64,000 nucleotides of DNA from Candidatus Nitrospinota bacterium M3_3B_026 (GTDB lineage Bacteria > Nitrospinota_A > UBA7883 > JBPRGF01), in assembly GCA_051418015.1 (NCBI GenBank), contig JBPRGF010000033.1, positions 1-64,000 on the forward strand, given 5' to 3'. Below are positions 1 to 13,158 of this stretch, one piece after another. The first letter of the stretch is position 1. Every line of letters begins with the position of its first letter. Under the pieces are notes generated by a model. That model had not been told where the DNA came from and ran no database searches. It saw only the letters and a list, made by a program, of their open reading frames with translations. The position numbers and the translations under genes are program-made.

Positions 1-2
1 TC

Positions 3-1250
3 CCGCGTCTTCCGGGCCAGCGAATCGGCCTCCGAGGCGTTGTCGGCGTTCTGCTTGGTCATCGACGCCATCTGCTCGAGCGCCGACGACGTCTCCTCGA
101 GCGAGCTGGCCTGCTCCGTCGCCCCCTCCGCCAGCGACTGGCTGGAGGCGGATATCTGGGAGGCGGCGGAGTTCACCTGCGCTCCGCTTTCGGTCAGCGT
201 TTCCACGATGCGGTTCACCGGAGCGGTGATCGAGCGCGTTATGAGCACGGCGAAAACTATGGACACGAGCAGGCCGGTCACGAGGAGGATGTAGCCTGTC
301 GTCACGAGGCTCTGGTTCATCTCGTTGGCCTGCTTCGCGTCGGCCTTCATGAGGCGCTCCTGGTCCTCGATAAGCTCGGTCAGTGTCCCTTTTATCTTGA
401 AGGCCGTGGGGGCGGCCTTTGTCCCCAGCCAGGCGTTGGCGAGGTTCCACTCATTTCCGCCGCGGATCTCGAACATCTTCGGGGTCAGGGGGACGAAAGC
501 CTCCCGCGTGGAGGAGAACCTGTCGAATGATTCCCTCTGCTCCAGGGTGAGAAGATGGGAGTTGCTCGAAAGGTCGCCGAACCTCCTTTCGTTCTTGGCC
601 CAGAGTTTCTCGAACTGTTCCTTGAACTTCTGGTCGCCGGAGAGCAGGTACGCCCGGATGGCTCCGAGGGACAGGCCGAGCGTGCCCCTCACGTCCGCCA
701 TCATGCCGAGGAGCGCCTTTCGCTCCGGCGTGGCGGGCTGCTCGGCCTCCAGGTCGATCATTTTCGTGATCTCCTCGGCCAATATCGCCGCCTTTGGCGC
801 GGCCTCCTCCAGGAGTATCTTGTTGGCGGGGAGGTTTTCAGGCTTGTGGGCTATCTCCTCTATTTGCCGCTGGTATGACTTGAACTCGCTGAAAAGCCCC
901 GTCAGCTCGCTTAGCCTCCTGACGTTTTCCTGGTTGGTCCAGTCCCTGGAAAAGGACTTCATCGACGCCATGGCGTTTTCTATCGCCATCCAGGCCTCGG
1001 TCCGCTCCCGCTTGAACTTGTCATCGCCGAGGATGATCCAGCCCCGCAGGGCCGCCAGGGAATGGTTGACGCCGTTGATGAGCATGACGCCCGTCCTGGC
1101 CGTGGGAGCGCGCAGGTTTATCACCCTGTCCGACACGGTCTGCGCTCTTTTCACCTGCCATATGGATACGGAGACGATCAGGACTATGACCAGCGACATT
1201 ATCCCCGCGAGGGCGCCGATCTTCACGCCCAGTGACTTGTTATAGAACAT
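3..1250 (-). CDS. Methyl-accepting chemotaxis protein (5' part; runs off the left edge)
   Basis: Not in the ORF track; translated by hand from ATG at 1250 (AGGAGGAG RBS upstream). MFYNKSLGVKIGALAGIMSLVIVLIVSVSIW gives TM1, followed by a long helical periplasmic region, TM2 GYILLVTGLLVSIVFAVLITRSI, and the MCP methylation helix SSQSLAEGATEQASSLEETSSALEQMASMTKQNADNA. Confidence 0.9.
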   Translation of the reverse strand, partial: MFYNKSLGVKIGALAGIMSLVIVLIVSVSIWQVKRAQTVSDRVINLRAPTARTGVMLINGVNHSLAALRGWIILGDDKFKRERTEAWMAIENAMASMKSFSRDWTNQENVRRLSELTGLFSEFKSYQRQIEEIAHKPENLPANKILLEEAAPKAAILAEEITKMIDLEAEQPATPERKALLGMMADVRGTLGLSLGAIRAYLLSGDQKFKEQFEKLWAKNERRFGDLSSNSHLLTLEQRESFDRFSSTREAFVPLTPKMFEIRGGNEWNLANAWLGTKAAPTAFKIKGTLTELIEDQERLMKADAKQANEMNQSLVTTGYILLVTGLLVSIVFAVLITRSITAPVNRIVETLTESGAQVNSAASQISASSQSLAEGATEQASSLEETSSALEQMASMTKQNADNASEADSLARKTR

Positions 1251-1787
1251 CCCGGCTCCTCCTTATTGTTCTCTCTCCGGCTTGTTTATGAAGATCAGTC
1301 TTTTCCCACCATGCGTCCCGCCTGCGAGGCGCTCCACGAGCCCGCTTGTCGCCGCAGACCGAAAGAATCGGGGAATAACCCCAGGCGCCAGCGGCGGACA
1401 ACGGAGCTTGACCGGGTCTTTCGCCCGGCTCCCCTCCACAGGTCATAGTCGCGCCCGTATCCTCTGCCGTCTCGTCAAAAAAGTTCCGCGGGATCAAGAC
1501 CCGCCTGGTTAAAACCCCACGCATTATAACATCATTCCGGTCCGCTCTACGCTATAGTCCCCGGGGCTCCAGGCAAAGATTCCCGTCGTCTCATCCGGCG
1601 CGAAATTCTTCACGGCCCCTTCGCATCGTTCAGGGGGTGGGTTCGGAGTGATGTTGTGGTGGGCGCCGGTCTTCTTCCCCCTAATAAAAGAGTTTTTGGC
1701 GTTGTCCTCCCGCAAGGGGAGGATTGAACGATTCCAGTTAAACGCTGTTTATTCATGTTGCACAGTTCATTCAACGGCCCGGTTTTG

Positions 1788-1802
1788 CGACAAAATGTGT
1801 CG
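1788..1802. promoter_or_regulatory. Inverted repeat CGACA-N5-TGTCG, candidate enhancer-binding protein site
   Basis: Perfect 5-bp inverted repeat about 85 bp upstream of a sigma54-type -24/-12 motif in an AT-rich intergenic region. Confidence 0.4.
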
Positions 1803-1886
1803 TCGTTTCCTTCGATTATGAAAGATTTCTGTCCGAAATCAATGCACGCCAAAAACTATGTGCTTGATAATGCACGACATACCTTA

Positions 1887-1902
1887 TGGCTTGAAAATTG
1901 CT
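1887..1902 (+). promoter_or_regulatory. Sigma54-type promoter (-24/-12)
   Basis: TGGCTTGAAAATTGCT = GG-N10-GC with TTGCT, matching the TGGCAC-N5-TTGCW consensus; about 70 bp upstream of a small ORF. Confidence 0.65.
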
Positions 1903-1972
1903 ATTAATATTAGCAGACGCTAAATAAACACAGGCTCTGTGACGATAAGCGAGTTAAAGGAGCTTGAAGGCG

Positions 1973-2128
1973 ATGCGAACAAGCGTGAAAGACAGGCTCA
2001 GGCACATATTAAACCCTCTGCACGTCTACTGCTCGCTTTCCTACGTTCTGAAGAGGCAGAGCGCGTTGAGGACCGCCAGGGCTTACGAAAAGGGCGTCTA
2101 CAAGACGTTTTTCAGGAACTTCCTGTGA
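1973..2128 (+). CDS. Small basic protein, 51 aa, with NPLHVYC motif
   Basis: MRTSVKDRLRHILNPLHVYCSLSYVLKRQSALRTARAYEKGVYKTFFRNFL. AAGGAG lies upstream, third codon positions are GC-biased like real genes here, and it follows a sigma54 motif. Below the ORF-track size cut-off. Confidence 0.6.
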   Translation: MRTSVKDRLRHILNPLHVYCSLSYVLKRQSALRTARAYEKGVYKTFFRNFL

Positions 2129-2349
2129 AACCGTCGCTCCGGTAGAGCCTGAAAGCGCCCCCGCGGAGGCGCGGCCTGTCCGGTTCGGGGGGCGGGGTCA
2201 GTCTTACCTTTCTCCCGCGAATTTTCCCTCATCTTCTTCATCTTCATCAAATCAACCAGGATTTGTTGCAATGCGTCCATGATCGCGCTACGTTTAGAAT
2301 CGGGAGCGCGGGACGTGAGCGTGATGAGGACGAGAAGAGGAGACAAGGC

Positions 2350-2991
2350 ATGGAAGAGACGACCAAGCCCGCCGAGGACGGCGTCCTGATCATCGTGGAC
2401 GTTCAGAACGATTTTCTCCCCGGCGGCGCGCTGGCTGTTCCCTCGGGCGATGAGGTCATCGGGGTCATAAATCGTCTTTCGCGCCTCTTTCCCCACGTGG
2501 TCATTACGCAGGACTGGCACCCGGCGGGCCATCTCTCCTTCGCGTCGTCCCACGAGGGCAAGAAGCCTTTCGACACCGTGGAGATGCCCTACGGCGAGCA
2601 GGTTCTCTGGCCCGACCACTGCGTCCAGGGGGCGGAAGGGGCAAGGCTCCACGAGGAGCTGGACGTGACCCGCGCCGAGCTTATCATCCGCAAGGGCTAT
2701 CACGCGGAGCTGGACTCCTACTCCGCCTTTTTCGAAAACGACCACAAGACCCCCACCGGCCTGGCCGGGTATCTTCGCGAAAGGGAGCTTTCGAGGCTGT
2801 TCCTCGCCGGGCTGGCGACGGATTTCTGCGTGAAATACACCGCCCTCGACGCGCGCCGCCTCGGGTTCGACGTCTATGTCATGGAAGACGCCTGCCGCGG
2901 GATAGACATGGAAGGCTCCGTTGACCAGGCGTGGAGGGAGATGGAGGAGGCGGGGGTTTTGAGGATAAAGGAGGCTGACGTTTCAATATGA
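2350..2991 (+). CDS. pncA: Nicotinamidase/pyrazinamidase
   Basis: Motifs DVQNDF, TQDWHP, WPDHCVQG, RKG, GLATDFCV. Start moved to ATG 2350 (MEETTK). Confidence 0.95.
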   Translation: MEETTKPAEDGVLIIVDVQNDFLPGGALAVPSGDEVIGVINRLSRLFPHVVITQDWHPAGHLSFASSHEGKKPFDTVEMPYGEQVLWPDHCVQGAEGARLHEELDVTRAELIIRKGYHAELDSYSAFFENDHKTPTGLAGYLRERELSRLFLAGLATDFCVKYTALDARRLGFDVYVMEDACRGIDMEGSVDQAWREMEEAGVLRIKEADVSI

Positions 2992-3078
2992 CAGCGTTAA
3001 AATCCCCTCCCCCGTCAATGGAGAGGGTTTTTTGGGCGAGTTCCTCGTCGAAAGGGTAAATGGCGAAGGCATGGAAAA

Positions 3079-4521
3079 ATGAGCGTTCCCCCGACACCGC
3101 TGGTCACCGACCTGTACCAGCTCACCATGGCCCAGGGCTATTTCCGCGAGGGCATGAGCCGGTATGGCGCCTGTTTCGACTTTTTTTTTCGCCACACCCC
3201 CTTCAACGGCGGATACGTTATATTCGCCGGGCTTTCCGAAGCGCTGGAGTTCCTCGAAAAATTCCGGTTCAGCGTCGAAGACCTCGACTACCTGGCGTCC
3301 CTGAGAATTTTCGGCGATGATTTTTTAAAACACCTCGGCCAGATGCGCTTCACCGGCGATGTCCTCTCCGCCCCGGAGGGCTCGCCAGTATTTCCACGCG
3401 AGCCGGTCATGCGCGTCACCGGGCCGCTTGACCAGCTACAGCTAGTGGAGACGGCCGTGTTGAACACCGTCAACTTCCAGTCGCTGATCGCCACCAAGGC
3501 CGCCCGCGTCTGCCGGGAGGCGGGGGAGGATAACGTCATGGAGTTCGGCGCGCGCAGGGCGCAGGGGGTGGACGGGGCGCTTTCCGCGGCGAGGGCGGCC
3601 TACATCGGCGGGGTGGAATCCACCTCCAACGTCCACGCGGGGCTGGTCTACGGCATCCCCGTCCGAGGCACGCATTCGCATTCGTGGGTGACGGCTTTTG
3701 AGAACGAGATCGACGCCTTCCGCGCCTTCGCCAGGGTTTACCCCGACAACACGATCCTGCTGGTGGACACCTACGACACGCTGAAGAGCGGGATGCCCAG
3801 CGCCATAAAAGTGGCAAAAGAGATGGAGCGGGAGGGGCACAGGCTCCGGGCCGTGAGGCTCGACTCGGGCGACCTGACCTACCTTTCCCAGGGAGCGCGG
3901 GCGATGCTCGACGAAGCCGGGCTGGACTACGTGAAGATCGTCGGGTCCGGCGATCTCGACGAGAACATCATCCACGACCTGAACGCCCAGGGGGCGCGGA
4001 TCGACATCTACGGCGTCGGCACGCGGCTGACCACCGCCTTCGACGAGCCCGCGCTGCCGGGGGTTTACAAGATGTCCGCCATCCGCCCTCCAGGCAAGGA
4101 GTGGGAGATGAAGCTGAAGATCGCCGAAGGGGTGAAAAAGGCCACGCTGCCCGGCCTGAAACAGGTGTGGCGGCTCTACAACGGCGACCACGGCATGATG
4201 GCCGACCTCGTGGAGCTTGACGGGGCGGCCCACGATTTCTCGAAGGGCGTGTGGGGGTATCATCTGCTGGAAGACCAGAAAAAATTCTACAGCGGCATAT
4301 CCCGCGCCGAACCGTTGCTCGCCGGGGTGATGCGGGGCGGGAAGAGAACCGCGCCGCCGGAGCAGCTGCCCAGGATACGCGAGTATGCCAAGAGCAGGCT
4401 CGCCGAGCTCCATCCCACCTACAAGCGCCTCATGAACCCCCACGTGTACAAGGTCAGCCTCGGACCGGAGTTGAACGATGTGACGAAGAGGATGCGGGAG
4501 GACGCCGCGGAAGGGTTGTGA
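3079..4521 (+). CDS. pncB: Nicotinate phosphoribosyltransferase
   Basis: Motifs TDLYQLTM, EFGARRAQG, GTHSHSWV, LVDTYDT, VRLDSGD; adjacent to pncA. Confidence 0.95.
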   Translation: MSVPPTPLVTDLYQLTMAQGYFREGMSRYGACFDFFFRHTPFNGGYVIFAGLSEALEFLEKFRFSVEDLDYLASLRIFGDDFLKHLGQMRFTGDVLSAPEGSPVFPREPVMRVTGPLDQLQLVETAVLNTVNFQSLIATKAARVCREAGEDNVMEFGARRAQGVDGALSAARAAYIGGVESTSNVHAGLVYGIPVRGTHSHSWVTAFENEIDAFRAFARVYPDNTILLVDTYDTLKSGMPSAIKVAKEMEREGHRLRAVRLDSGDLTYLSQGARAMLDEAGLDYVKIVGSGDLDENIIHDLNAQGARIDIYGVGTRLTTAFDEPALPGVYKMSAIRPPGKEWEMKLKIAEGVKKATLPGLKQVWRLYNGDHGMMADLVELDGAAHDFSKGVWGYHLLEDQKKFYSGISRAEPLLAGVMRGGKRTAPPEQLPRIREYAKSRLAELHPTYKRLMNPHVYKVSLGPELNDVTKRMREDAAEGL

Positions 4522-4534
4522 AGTGATGGAGTTG

Positions 4535-4558
4535 AAAGACCTCCGTGGAGGTTTTTTT
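4535..4558. terminator. Possible intrinsic terminator between convergent genes
   Basis: AAAGACCTC-CGTG-GAGGTTTTTTT, a short hairpin with a T-run, between pncB and the GT9 gene. Confidence 0.45.
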
Positions 4559-5635
4559 CTATATCAGCTTCTGTTGCTCGGGCCGTCCCTCCAGCGCCCT
4601 CAGCTTGTCGATGGCGCGCTTGACGTCGGATATCTCTATCCTCGCCATGCAGTGGCGCCCCTCGTAGGGACAGCCCTTCTGGTCGCAGGGCATGCACTCC
4701 ATCGGCGGATGACAGGTCAGCGCCGCCTTGCGCGCCCCCACCGGCTCCCATACCCCAGGGTCCGACGGGCCGAACAGGGCCGCCACCGGCGTGTCCAGGA
4801 CACCCGCCATGTGCATGGGCCCGGAGTCGTTGCAGACCATCAGCGCCGACGACTTGATGAGGGCCGAAAGCTCGGCCAGCGAAAGGTCGGTGAAATAGGG
4901 GAGGGCGTAGCCCGAGGCGCGGCGGATGGTCTTTATCTCGTCCTCGTCGGCGTTCGACCCGGCCAGGACGACGGCGGCGCCCCGCTCGTCCACCAGCCAG
5001 CGGGCCAGCCCGCCCATCTTCGCCGCGGGCCAGCGTTTGTACCGCACCCGCGCGCCGGGATGCAAAAGGACCAGTGGCCTGTCGAACATCAGCCCCTCCC
5101 GTTCGAGCCTCTTTCTCATGGACTTCGCGGCGCTTTCGGGAAACTCGAGATGGAACGAGGGCCTGTCGGGCCAGTCTACCCCCAGCGGGCGGACGGTCTT
5201 GAACTGCACCCGCCAGGTATGGTCCATCGGCGCGGGCTTCTCGCCGTAGACGTTGTAGAGGAGGCGGTTGCGCAGCCGGAAGGGATGCCCCACGCGGACC
5301 CTCGCCCCGGAAAGAAACGCCGTCCACGCCCCACGCGGACCCGACTGCAGATCCACCACCATGTCGAACTTTCCGTCGCGGATCGTTTTTATCATGCGCA
5401 GGTCCGCCCGGCGCCGGGCCGAGCCGGAGGGCAGGCGGGGATGGGTTATCACCTCGTCCACGTTCGGGTTTTTGTAGAGAAGCTCCTCGAAAACGTCGTC
5501 CACCACGTAGCTGATCGCGGCTTCAGGGAATCTTCTGCGCAACGCGGCCAGCGCCGGGTTCGAAAGCAGGATGTCGCCTATGGACCGGTAGCGCAACACC
5601 AGTATCCTGCGGACGGAGTTCAGGTCAACCCTCAT
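4559..5635 (-). CDS. Glycosyltransferase family 9 (LPS heptosyltransferase-like)
   Basis: Motifs RSIGDILL, LHPGARVRYKRWP, CNDSGPMHMA. Confidence 0.9.
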   Translation of the reverse strand: MRVDLNSVRRILVLRYRSIGDILLSNPALAALRRRFPEAAISYVVDDVFEELLYKNPNVDEVITHPRLPSGSARRRADLRMIKTIRDGKFDMVVDLQSGPRGAWTAFLSGARVRVGHPFRLRNRLLYNVYGEKPAPMDHTWRVQFKTVRPLGVDWPDRPSFHLEFPESAAKSMRKRLEREGLMFDRPLVLLHPGARVRYKRWPAAKMGGLARWLVDERGAAVVLAGSNADEDEIKTIRRASGYALPYFTDLSLAELSALIKSSALMVCNDSGPMHMAGVLDTPVAALFGPSDPGVWEPVGARKAALTCHPPMECMPCDQKGCPYEGRHCMARIEISDVKRAIDKLRALEGRPEQQKLI

Positions 5636-5749
5636 AGTCCCATCATTTTCTTATCGCGCGGCGGCGGATTCAACAGGAAAGCGGCAGCCTGCGCCCCCGT
5701 TTGTTCTGGGATATAATTACTAAAAGAGCTTATTTTAGCGCGAGATAAG

Positions 5750-7857
5750 GTGAAAAACGAACATTCGCCCTCCGCCGGGCGCGGCTCCATCCTCATCGTG
5801 GAGGATGAAAAGGAGGCCCTGGACACCCTCCTGAAGATATTCGAAGGGGAGGCCGGGCTGGTGCGGGGCGTCTCCACCGGTGAGGAGGCCATCGAGCTTC
5901 TTTCCGCAAACGGCTTCGACCTGCTGATAATCGATTACGCTCTGCCGGGGATGAACGGAATAGAAACCGTCATGAAGGCCAAGGACATGGACCAGGACAT
6001 GGGCGCCATCCTGATGACCGGCCACAGCTCCGAGCGGACCATCATAGAGGCCTTCACCCTCGGGCGGGTGGACTCCTACCTCTCAAAACCCCTCGACGTG
6101 GAGGAGGCGCGCAAGACCGTTTCCATGGCCCTTGGCGAGGTCTGGATCCGCAGGAAGGAGAGCGCCTTTCGCAAGGAGCTTGGCCACAAGGTGGAGGAGG
6201 CCACGGCGCAGCTCAAGGAGAAAAACCGCCTGCTCGAAAGGAAGGAGAGGGAGACGGCGAGCCTCAACGCCCAACTCAAGGAGGAGCGCGAGCAGCTCAG
6301 GGAGGCCAACGAGCGGCTCGTCAGGCTCAACGAGCAGCTCGAGCGCCTCTCCATCACCGACGGCCTGACGAAGCTTTACAACTTTCGCCATTTCTCCAGG
6401 CGGATACAGGAGGAGTTCTACCGCGCCAGGCGCTACGAGGGCGGGCTCTCGCTGCTCATGCTGGACATAGACGATTTCAAGAAGGTGAACGACACATACG
6501 GCCACCCCACCGGCGACGACGTCCTGAGACAGGTGGCCGGGGAGATCAGGGCCTCCAGCCGCCAGCCCGACGTGGCGGCCAGGTATGGTGGGGAGGAGTT
6601 CACCCTCATGCTGCCGGAAGTAGGCTTGGCCGGGGCCGCCGTCCGGGCCGAGCGGCTGCGCAAGTCGCTGGAGGCGAAAAGGTTCGAGGGCAAGGGGAAG
6701 CCTTTTTCCATCACCGTGTCGATAGGCGTGGCCACCTACAACCCCGAGATCATGGAAGAGCCGGACGACCTTGTCAAGGCCGCCGACAAGGCTCTCTACA
6801 ACGCCAAGGAGATGGGGAAAAACCTGGTGGTGATGGCCATGGACGGGCGGCTGAAGGCCGTGGGCAAGGAGGCCGCCGTCACGGAGAGAGATTGCGAGAA
6901 GATAGGCCGCGCCGTCCTGGACTACGCAGGCGCCGTCCACGACGCGGACAGGATGATAGGGTACCTCGTGAACCGCCTCGGCGAGGCGATGGAGACGGAG
7001 AAGGCGGACGTCTACATATCCGCCAGGATGAAGGACAGGACAGGCGCCATGACCGAGCGCGCCCGGCTGGGCGAATACCACGGCGCCCGCGACCTTGCCG
7101 CCGCAGCGGCGGACGCCGTGACGAAGGGGAAGACCCAGACGGAGGACAGCGGGGACGACCCTCTCTCCTGTCTGCCGATATGGGCGGGCGCCGGAGGGAA
7201 GAAAAAAGCCGTGGGCGCGCTGGTGATGAATCATGTCCCGTCGTGCCTCGGCCATATCGGCCATCTGCTCGACAGGCTGGCTCCCGCCGTCGACGCCGCC
7301 ATCGACCTCGGCGAAAGGCTTGAGAAGGCAGGGGAGTTGACGCGCGAAACGGGGCGGTACGAGTTGCTGGCGCGGCTGGCGCGGAGCGCGGCCGCCAGCG
7401 CCGGGAGCCTGGAAGAGGCGCTCTCCGGCGCGGCCGATGAGATCACCGGCGCCTTGAGGGCGGCGGCCTTTTCGGTGTATACCTATAGCCCCGTGAGTCA
7501 TGACTTCACCCTGGCCTGGCGAAGCCCCCGTCCCGGAGGCGATATGTCCCTGGCCGAGGACGTGATGATGAGCCGGGCGGCGGAGATTTTTTCGAGGAGG
7601 CTGGAACCGATCGTGATAGACGACGCGAAGAGTTTTAACGGCAGGCTGAAGGGCGCGGACGCTGAGGTCCTTTCCAGCGTCTTCGCCGTGGCGCCGATGG
7701 CCCTGGGCGGCAAAGTCGTGGGGGCGGTGAGCGCCGTCCTGCCGCCGGACGCCCGGCGTGGGGAAGACGTGAAGTTTCTGGAGTCCGTGGCGTCCATCCT
7801 CGCCATGGCCGTCTCGGCGCGGCCCGCCCCCCTAGGGGAGGAGACGGACCAGCCCAG

Positions 7858-7861
<4 letters not shown>
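5750..7861 (+). CDS. Response-regulator diguanylate cyclase (REC, coiled coil, GGDEF, C-terminal GAF-like region)
   Basis: REC motifs IVEDE and IIDYALPGMNG; DGLT; DIDDFKKVNDTYGH; I-site RQPD five residues before GGEEF; about 330-aa C-terminal tail with GAF-like APMALGGKVVGAV. Confidence 0.9.
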
Positions 7862-10508
<2,647 letters not shown>

Positions 10509-10512
<4 letters not shown>

Positions 10513-11276
10513 AAACGCTGATAATCTTCGCCAAGGCGCCCATACCCGGCCTTGTCAAGACGCGGCTGGTAGAGGGGACGGCCTTGGACGAGACACGGGC
10601 CTGTTTCCTCTACGACGCGTTCCTGCGCGACACCATGGTCGTATCCACCCTCACCACGGCGGAGAACATAGCCGTCCATTTCACTCCGCCGAACGAGGGC
10701 GAGATGATGAAGAAGATCGTCAAGGAGCTGAAGCTCGGCGCGCGCAACGAGCGGCGCTTCACCTTCCGCCCGCAGGAAGGGGAGTACTTCTCGGCCAAGG
10801 TGGCCAACTCCTTCAAGGCGGAGAAGGAGGCGGGCGGCGAGGAGCTTGTAATGATCGGCTCCGACGCGCCCATCCTGAAGCCGGAGATAATAGACACCGC
10901 CTTCGAGTTCATCTTCTCCCGCTCCGGCATGGCCCTGGGCCCGAGCAGCGAGGGGGGCGTCTACCTCATCGGGATACCCTCCAGCATGACGCTGGATTTC
11001 GAGCCGGTCTTCTCCCAGGGGTCGGAGCTTGAGAACCTGGTGGAGCAGGCCAGGGAGGCGAAGATGCCTTTCAAGCTGCTGCCGGAGGTGCTCGACGTGG
11101 ACGTGGAGGCCGACCTCATCACGCTGATCGGCGTGACCCGCGCCCTGGCCTACGAGCGCAACTTCGAAAGCAAGATTTTCCCGAATTACACCTACAAGGC
11201 CGTGGAGAAGCTGGGGTTGAAGGTGACCCGGGAGAACGGCGAGACGCGGAACAAGAAAGTGGTTCTCCCAGCGTAA
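10509..11276 (+). CDS. DUF2064 / CofC-like (TIGR04282-type) glycosyltransferase-fold protein
   Basis: Motifs IFAKAPIPGLVKTRL, IGSDAP, LGPSSEGGVYLIG, DVDVEADL. Confidence 0.8.
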
Positions 11277-11291
11277 AGGCTCCGGCGCGAT

Positions 11292-11999
11292 ATGGCGAAA
11301 AAGGCCGTCGTCCTGCTCTCCGGCGGGCTCGACTCCGCCACGGCGCTGGCCGTCGCGCGGGATATGGGCTGGGAGGCGCACACCCTCTCCGTCGACTACG
11401 GCCAGCGGCACAGGATAGAGCTTGAGCGCGCGGCGAGGATCAGCCAGGCCCTCGGCGCGGCGGACCACAGGGTCATTGCCGTGGACCTGCGCTCCTTCGG
11501 CGGCTCGGCGCTGACCTCGGAGGCGCCTGTGCCAAAAGATGAGCCGGAGGCGCCGGTGGGGGAGGGGATACCGGTCACCTATGTCCCGGCGCGGAACACG
11601 GTCTTCCTGGCCCTGGGACTGGCCTTTGCGGAGACGCTGGGGACGGGGGACATTTTCATCGGCGTCAACGCCCTGGACTACTCCGGCTACCCGGACTGCA
11701 GGCCGGAGTATATCGGGGCCTTCGAGAGGATGGCCAACCTCGCCACAAAGGCGGCGGTGGAGGGGAGAACGAAGGTCAGGATACACACCCCGCTCATCTC
11801 CATGACCAAAAAACAGATCATCGAGACCGGGACGAAGCTGGGGGCGCCCTACGCGCTCACCATCTCCTGCTACGACCCGTCGCCGGATGGCGCGCCCTGT
11901 GGAAGGTGCGACTCGTGCCGCCTCCGCGCGAAGGGCTTCAGGGAGGCGGGGCTTTTGGACCCCGCGCTGGAAGACGGCCCGGCGCCTGGGCGTGATTAA
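11292..11999 (+). CDS. queC: 7-cyano-7-deazaguanine synthase
   Basis: Motifs [29 protein letters not shown]...CGRCDSC. Confidence 0.97.
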   Translation: MAKKAVVLLSGGLDSATALAVARDMGWEAHTLSVDYGQRHRIELERAARISQALGAADHRVIAVDLRSFGGSALTSEAPVPKDEPEAPVGEGIPVTYVPARNTVFLALGLAFAETLGTGDIFIGVNALDYSGYPDCRPEYIGAFERMANLATKAAVEGRTKVRIHTPLISMTKKQIIETGTKLGAPYALTISCYDPSPDGAPCGRCDSCRLRAKGFREAGLLDPALEDGPAPGRD

Positions 12000-12112
12000 C
12001 CATTCATCCCCACCTCGGTTCTTCTCCTCGACGAGACGGGGACGCGCATCCTGGAACGTGGAGTTTGTCCGATGGACGCGGCCCCGGCCCTCGCGGCGCG
12101 TGTTAGAATATC

Positions 12113-13153
12113 TTGATGACCTCGAGAAAAGCCACGCTCCCGGCCCGTTCCCGAATATTGGTCGCGCGGACGGACAGGATAGGCGATGTCGTTCTGTCCC
12201 TGCCCGTCTTCGCCTCCATCCGCGCCGCCTGTCCGGAGGGGCGGATCATCGCCCTGACGAGGGAATACACCCGTCCGCTGCTCGAGGGCAGGGATGACGT
12301 GGACGAGGTGATATCCTTCGACTCTGAAACGAGCCATATCCCCCTGGGCGCTTTCACGGGTCTGCTTTCGCGCTTGAGACGGGAGAAGTTCGACGCGGCG
12401 GTGGCGCTTTTCTCGAATTTCTCCGTGGCGGCCCTGCTTTTCGCCGCCGGGATACCCGTCCGTGTCGGCCCCGCCTCCAAGGCCGCGCAGGTCTTTTTCA
12501 CCCACAGGGTAAAACAGCGCCGATCGAAGCTTTTAAGGCATGAGGCCGACCACAACCTCGGCCTGCTCGCGCCGCTGGAGATCGCCCCCGTAAGGCGGGC
12601 TCAGATGACACCGCCTCCGCCCCCCGCCGGTTTCGAGAAGATGGAAGGCAGGCCGCTGGTGGGGATCCACCCCGGCCACGGCGGCTCGGCGCGGGGCTGG
12701 CCGGTGAAAAACTGGGCCGCTCTCGCGGCTGGGCTCCACGCCTCCGGCGCGGAGGTGGTGGTGACCGGATCGCCCGCGGAGAGGGAGTTGGCCGAGAGCG
12801 TGGCGCGCCGGGCCGGGGCGCCCGTCCGGGTTTACACGGGCGAGGGGGGGCTGATGGAGTTGGCCGCGGCGCTTTCCGCGTTGGACGTTTTCGCCGCGTC
12901 GAGCACCGGCCCGCTGCACATAGCCTCCACCGTGGGGACGCCGGTGGTGGGGATATACTGCCCCATCTTCGTCTGCCTGCCCCAGAGGTGGGGCCCCATC
13001 GGGGAGAACGACACGGCGCTCACGCCGGACGTCCCCCCCTGCGAGCGCTGCTCCGGCGAGGAGTGCGAGTACTGGGACTGCATGGAGAGGATAGGAGTGG
13101 AACGCGTCCTGGACGAGATCCTGAGCAAGGCGCGCCCGCCCGTCCGGCGCTGA
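12113..13153 (+). CDS. Glycosyltransferase family 9
   Basis: Motifs RTDRIGDVVLSLP, IHPGHGGSARGW, SSTGPLHIA. Confidence 0.9.
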   Translation: MMTSRKATLPARSRILVARTDRIGDVVLSLPVFASIRAACPEGRIIALTREYTRPLLEGRDDVDEVISFDSETSHIPLGAFTGLLSRLRREKFDAAVALFSNFSVAALLFAAGIPVRVGPASKAAQVFFTHRVKQRRSKLLRHEADHNLGLLAPLEIAPVRRAQMTPPPPPAGFEKMEGRPLVGIHPGHGGSARGWPVKNWAALAAGLHASGAEVVVTGSPAERELAESVARRAGAPVRVYTGEGGLMELAAALSALDVFAASSTGPLHIASTVGTPVVGIYCPIFVCLPQRWGPIGENDTALTPDVPPCERCSGEECEYWDCMERIGVERVLDEILSKARPPVRR

Positions 13154-13158
13154 GAGTC

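Noticed and set aside
325..1245. 306-aa + strand ORF
   Set aside because: Antisense shadow of the minus-strand MCP; no recognisable motifs.
1255..1520. Possible c-di-GMP-I or guanidine riboswitch in the MCP leader (CCGGGC-GAAA-GACCCGG hairpin on the minus strand)
   Set aside because: The GGCAAA/GACGCAAAGC core and other consensus elements are missing; it is only a lone GAAA hairpin.
1939..2145. 68-aa ORF from the track
   Set aside because: It overlaps the 51-aa frame, which has the better RBS, codon bias and motif.
12988..13158. N-terminal extension of msbA in the track ORF
   Set aside because: It overlaps the GT9 gene in another frame; a plausible GTG start lies at 13159.
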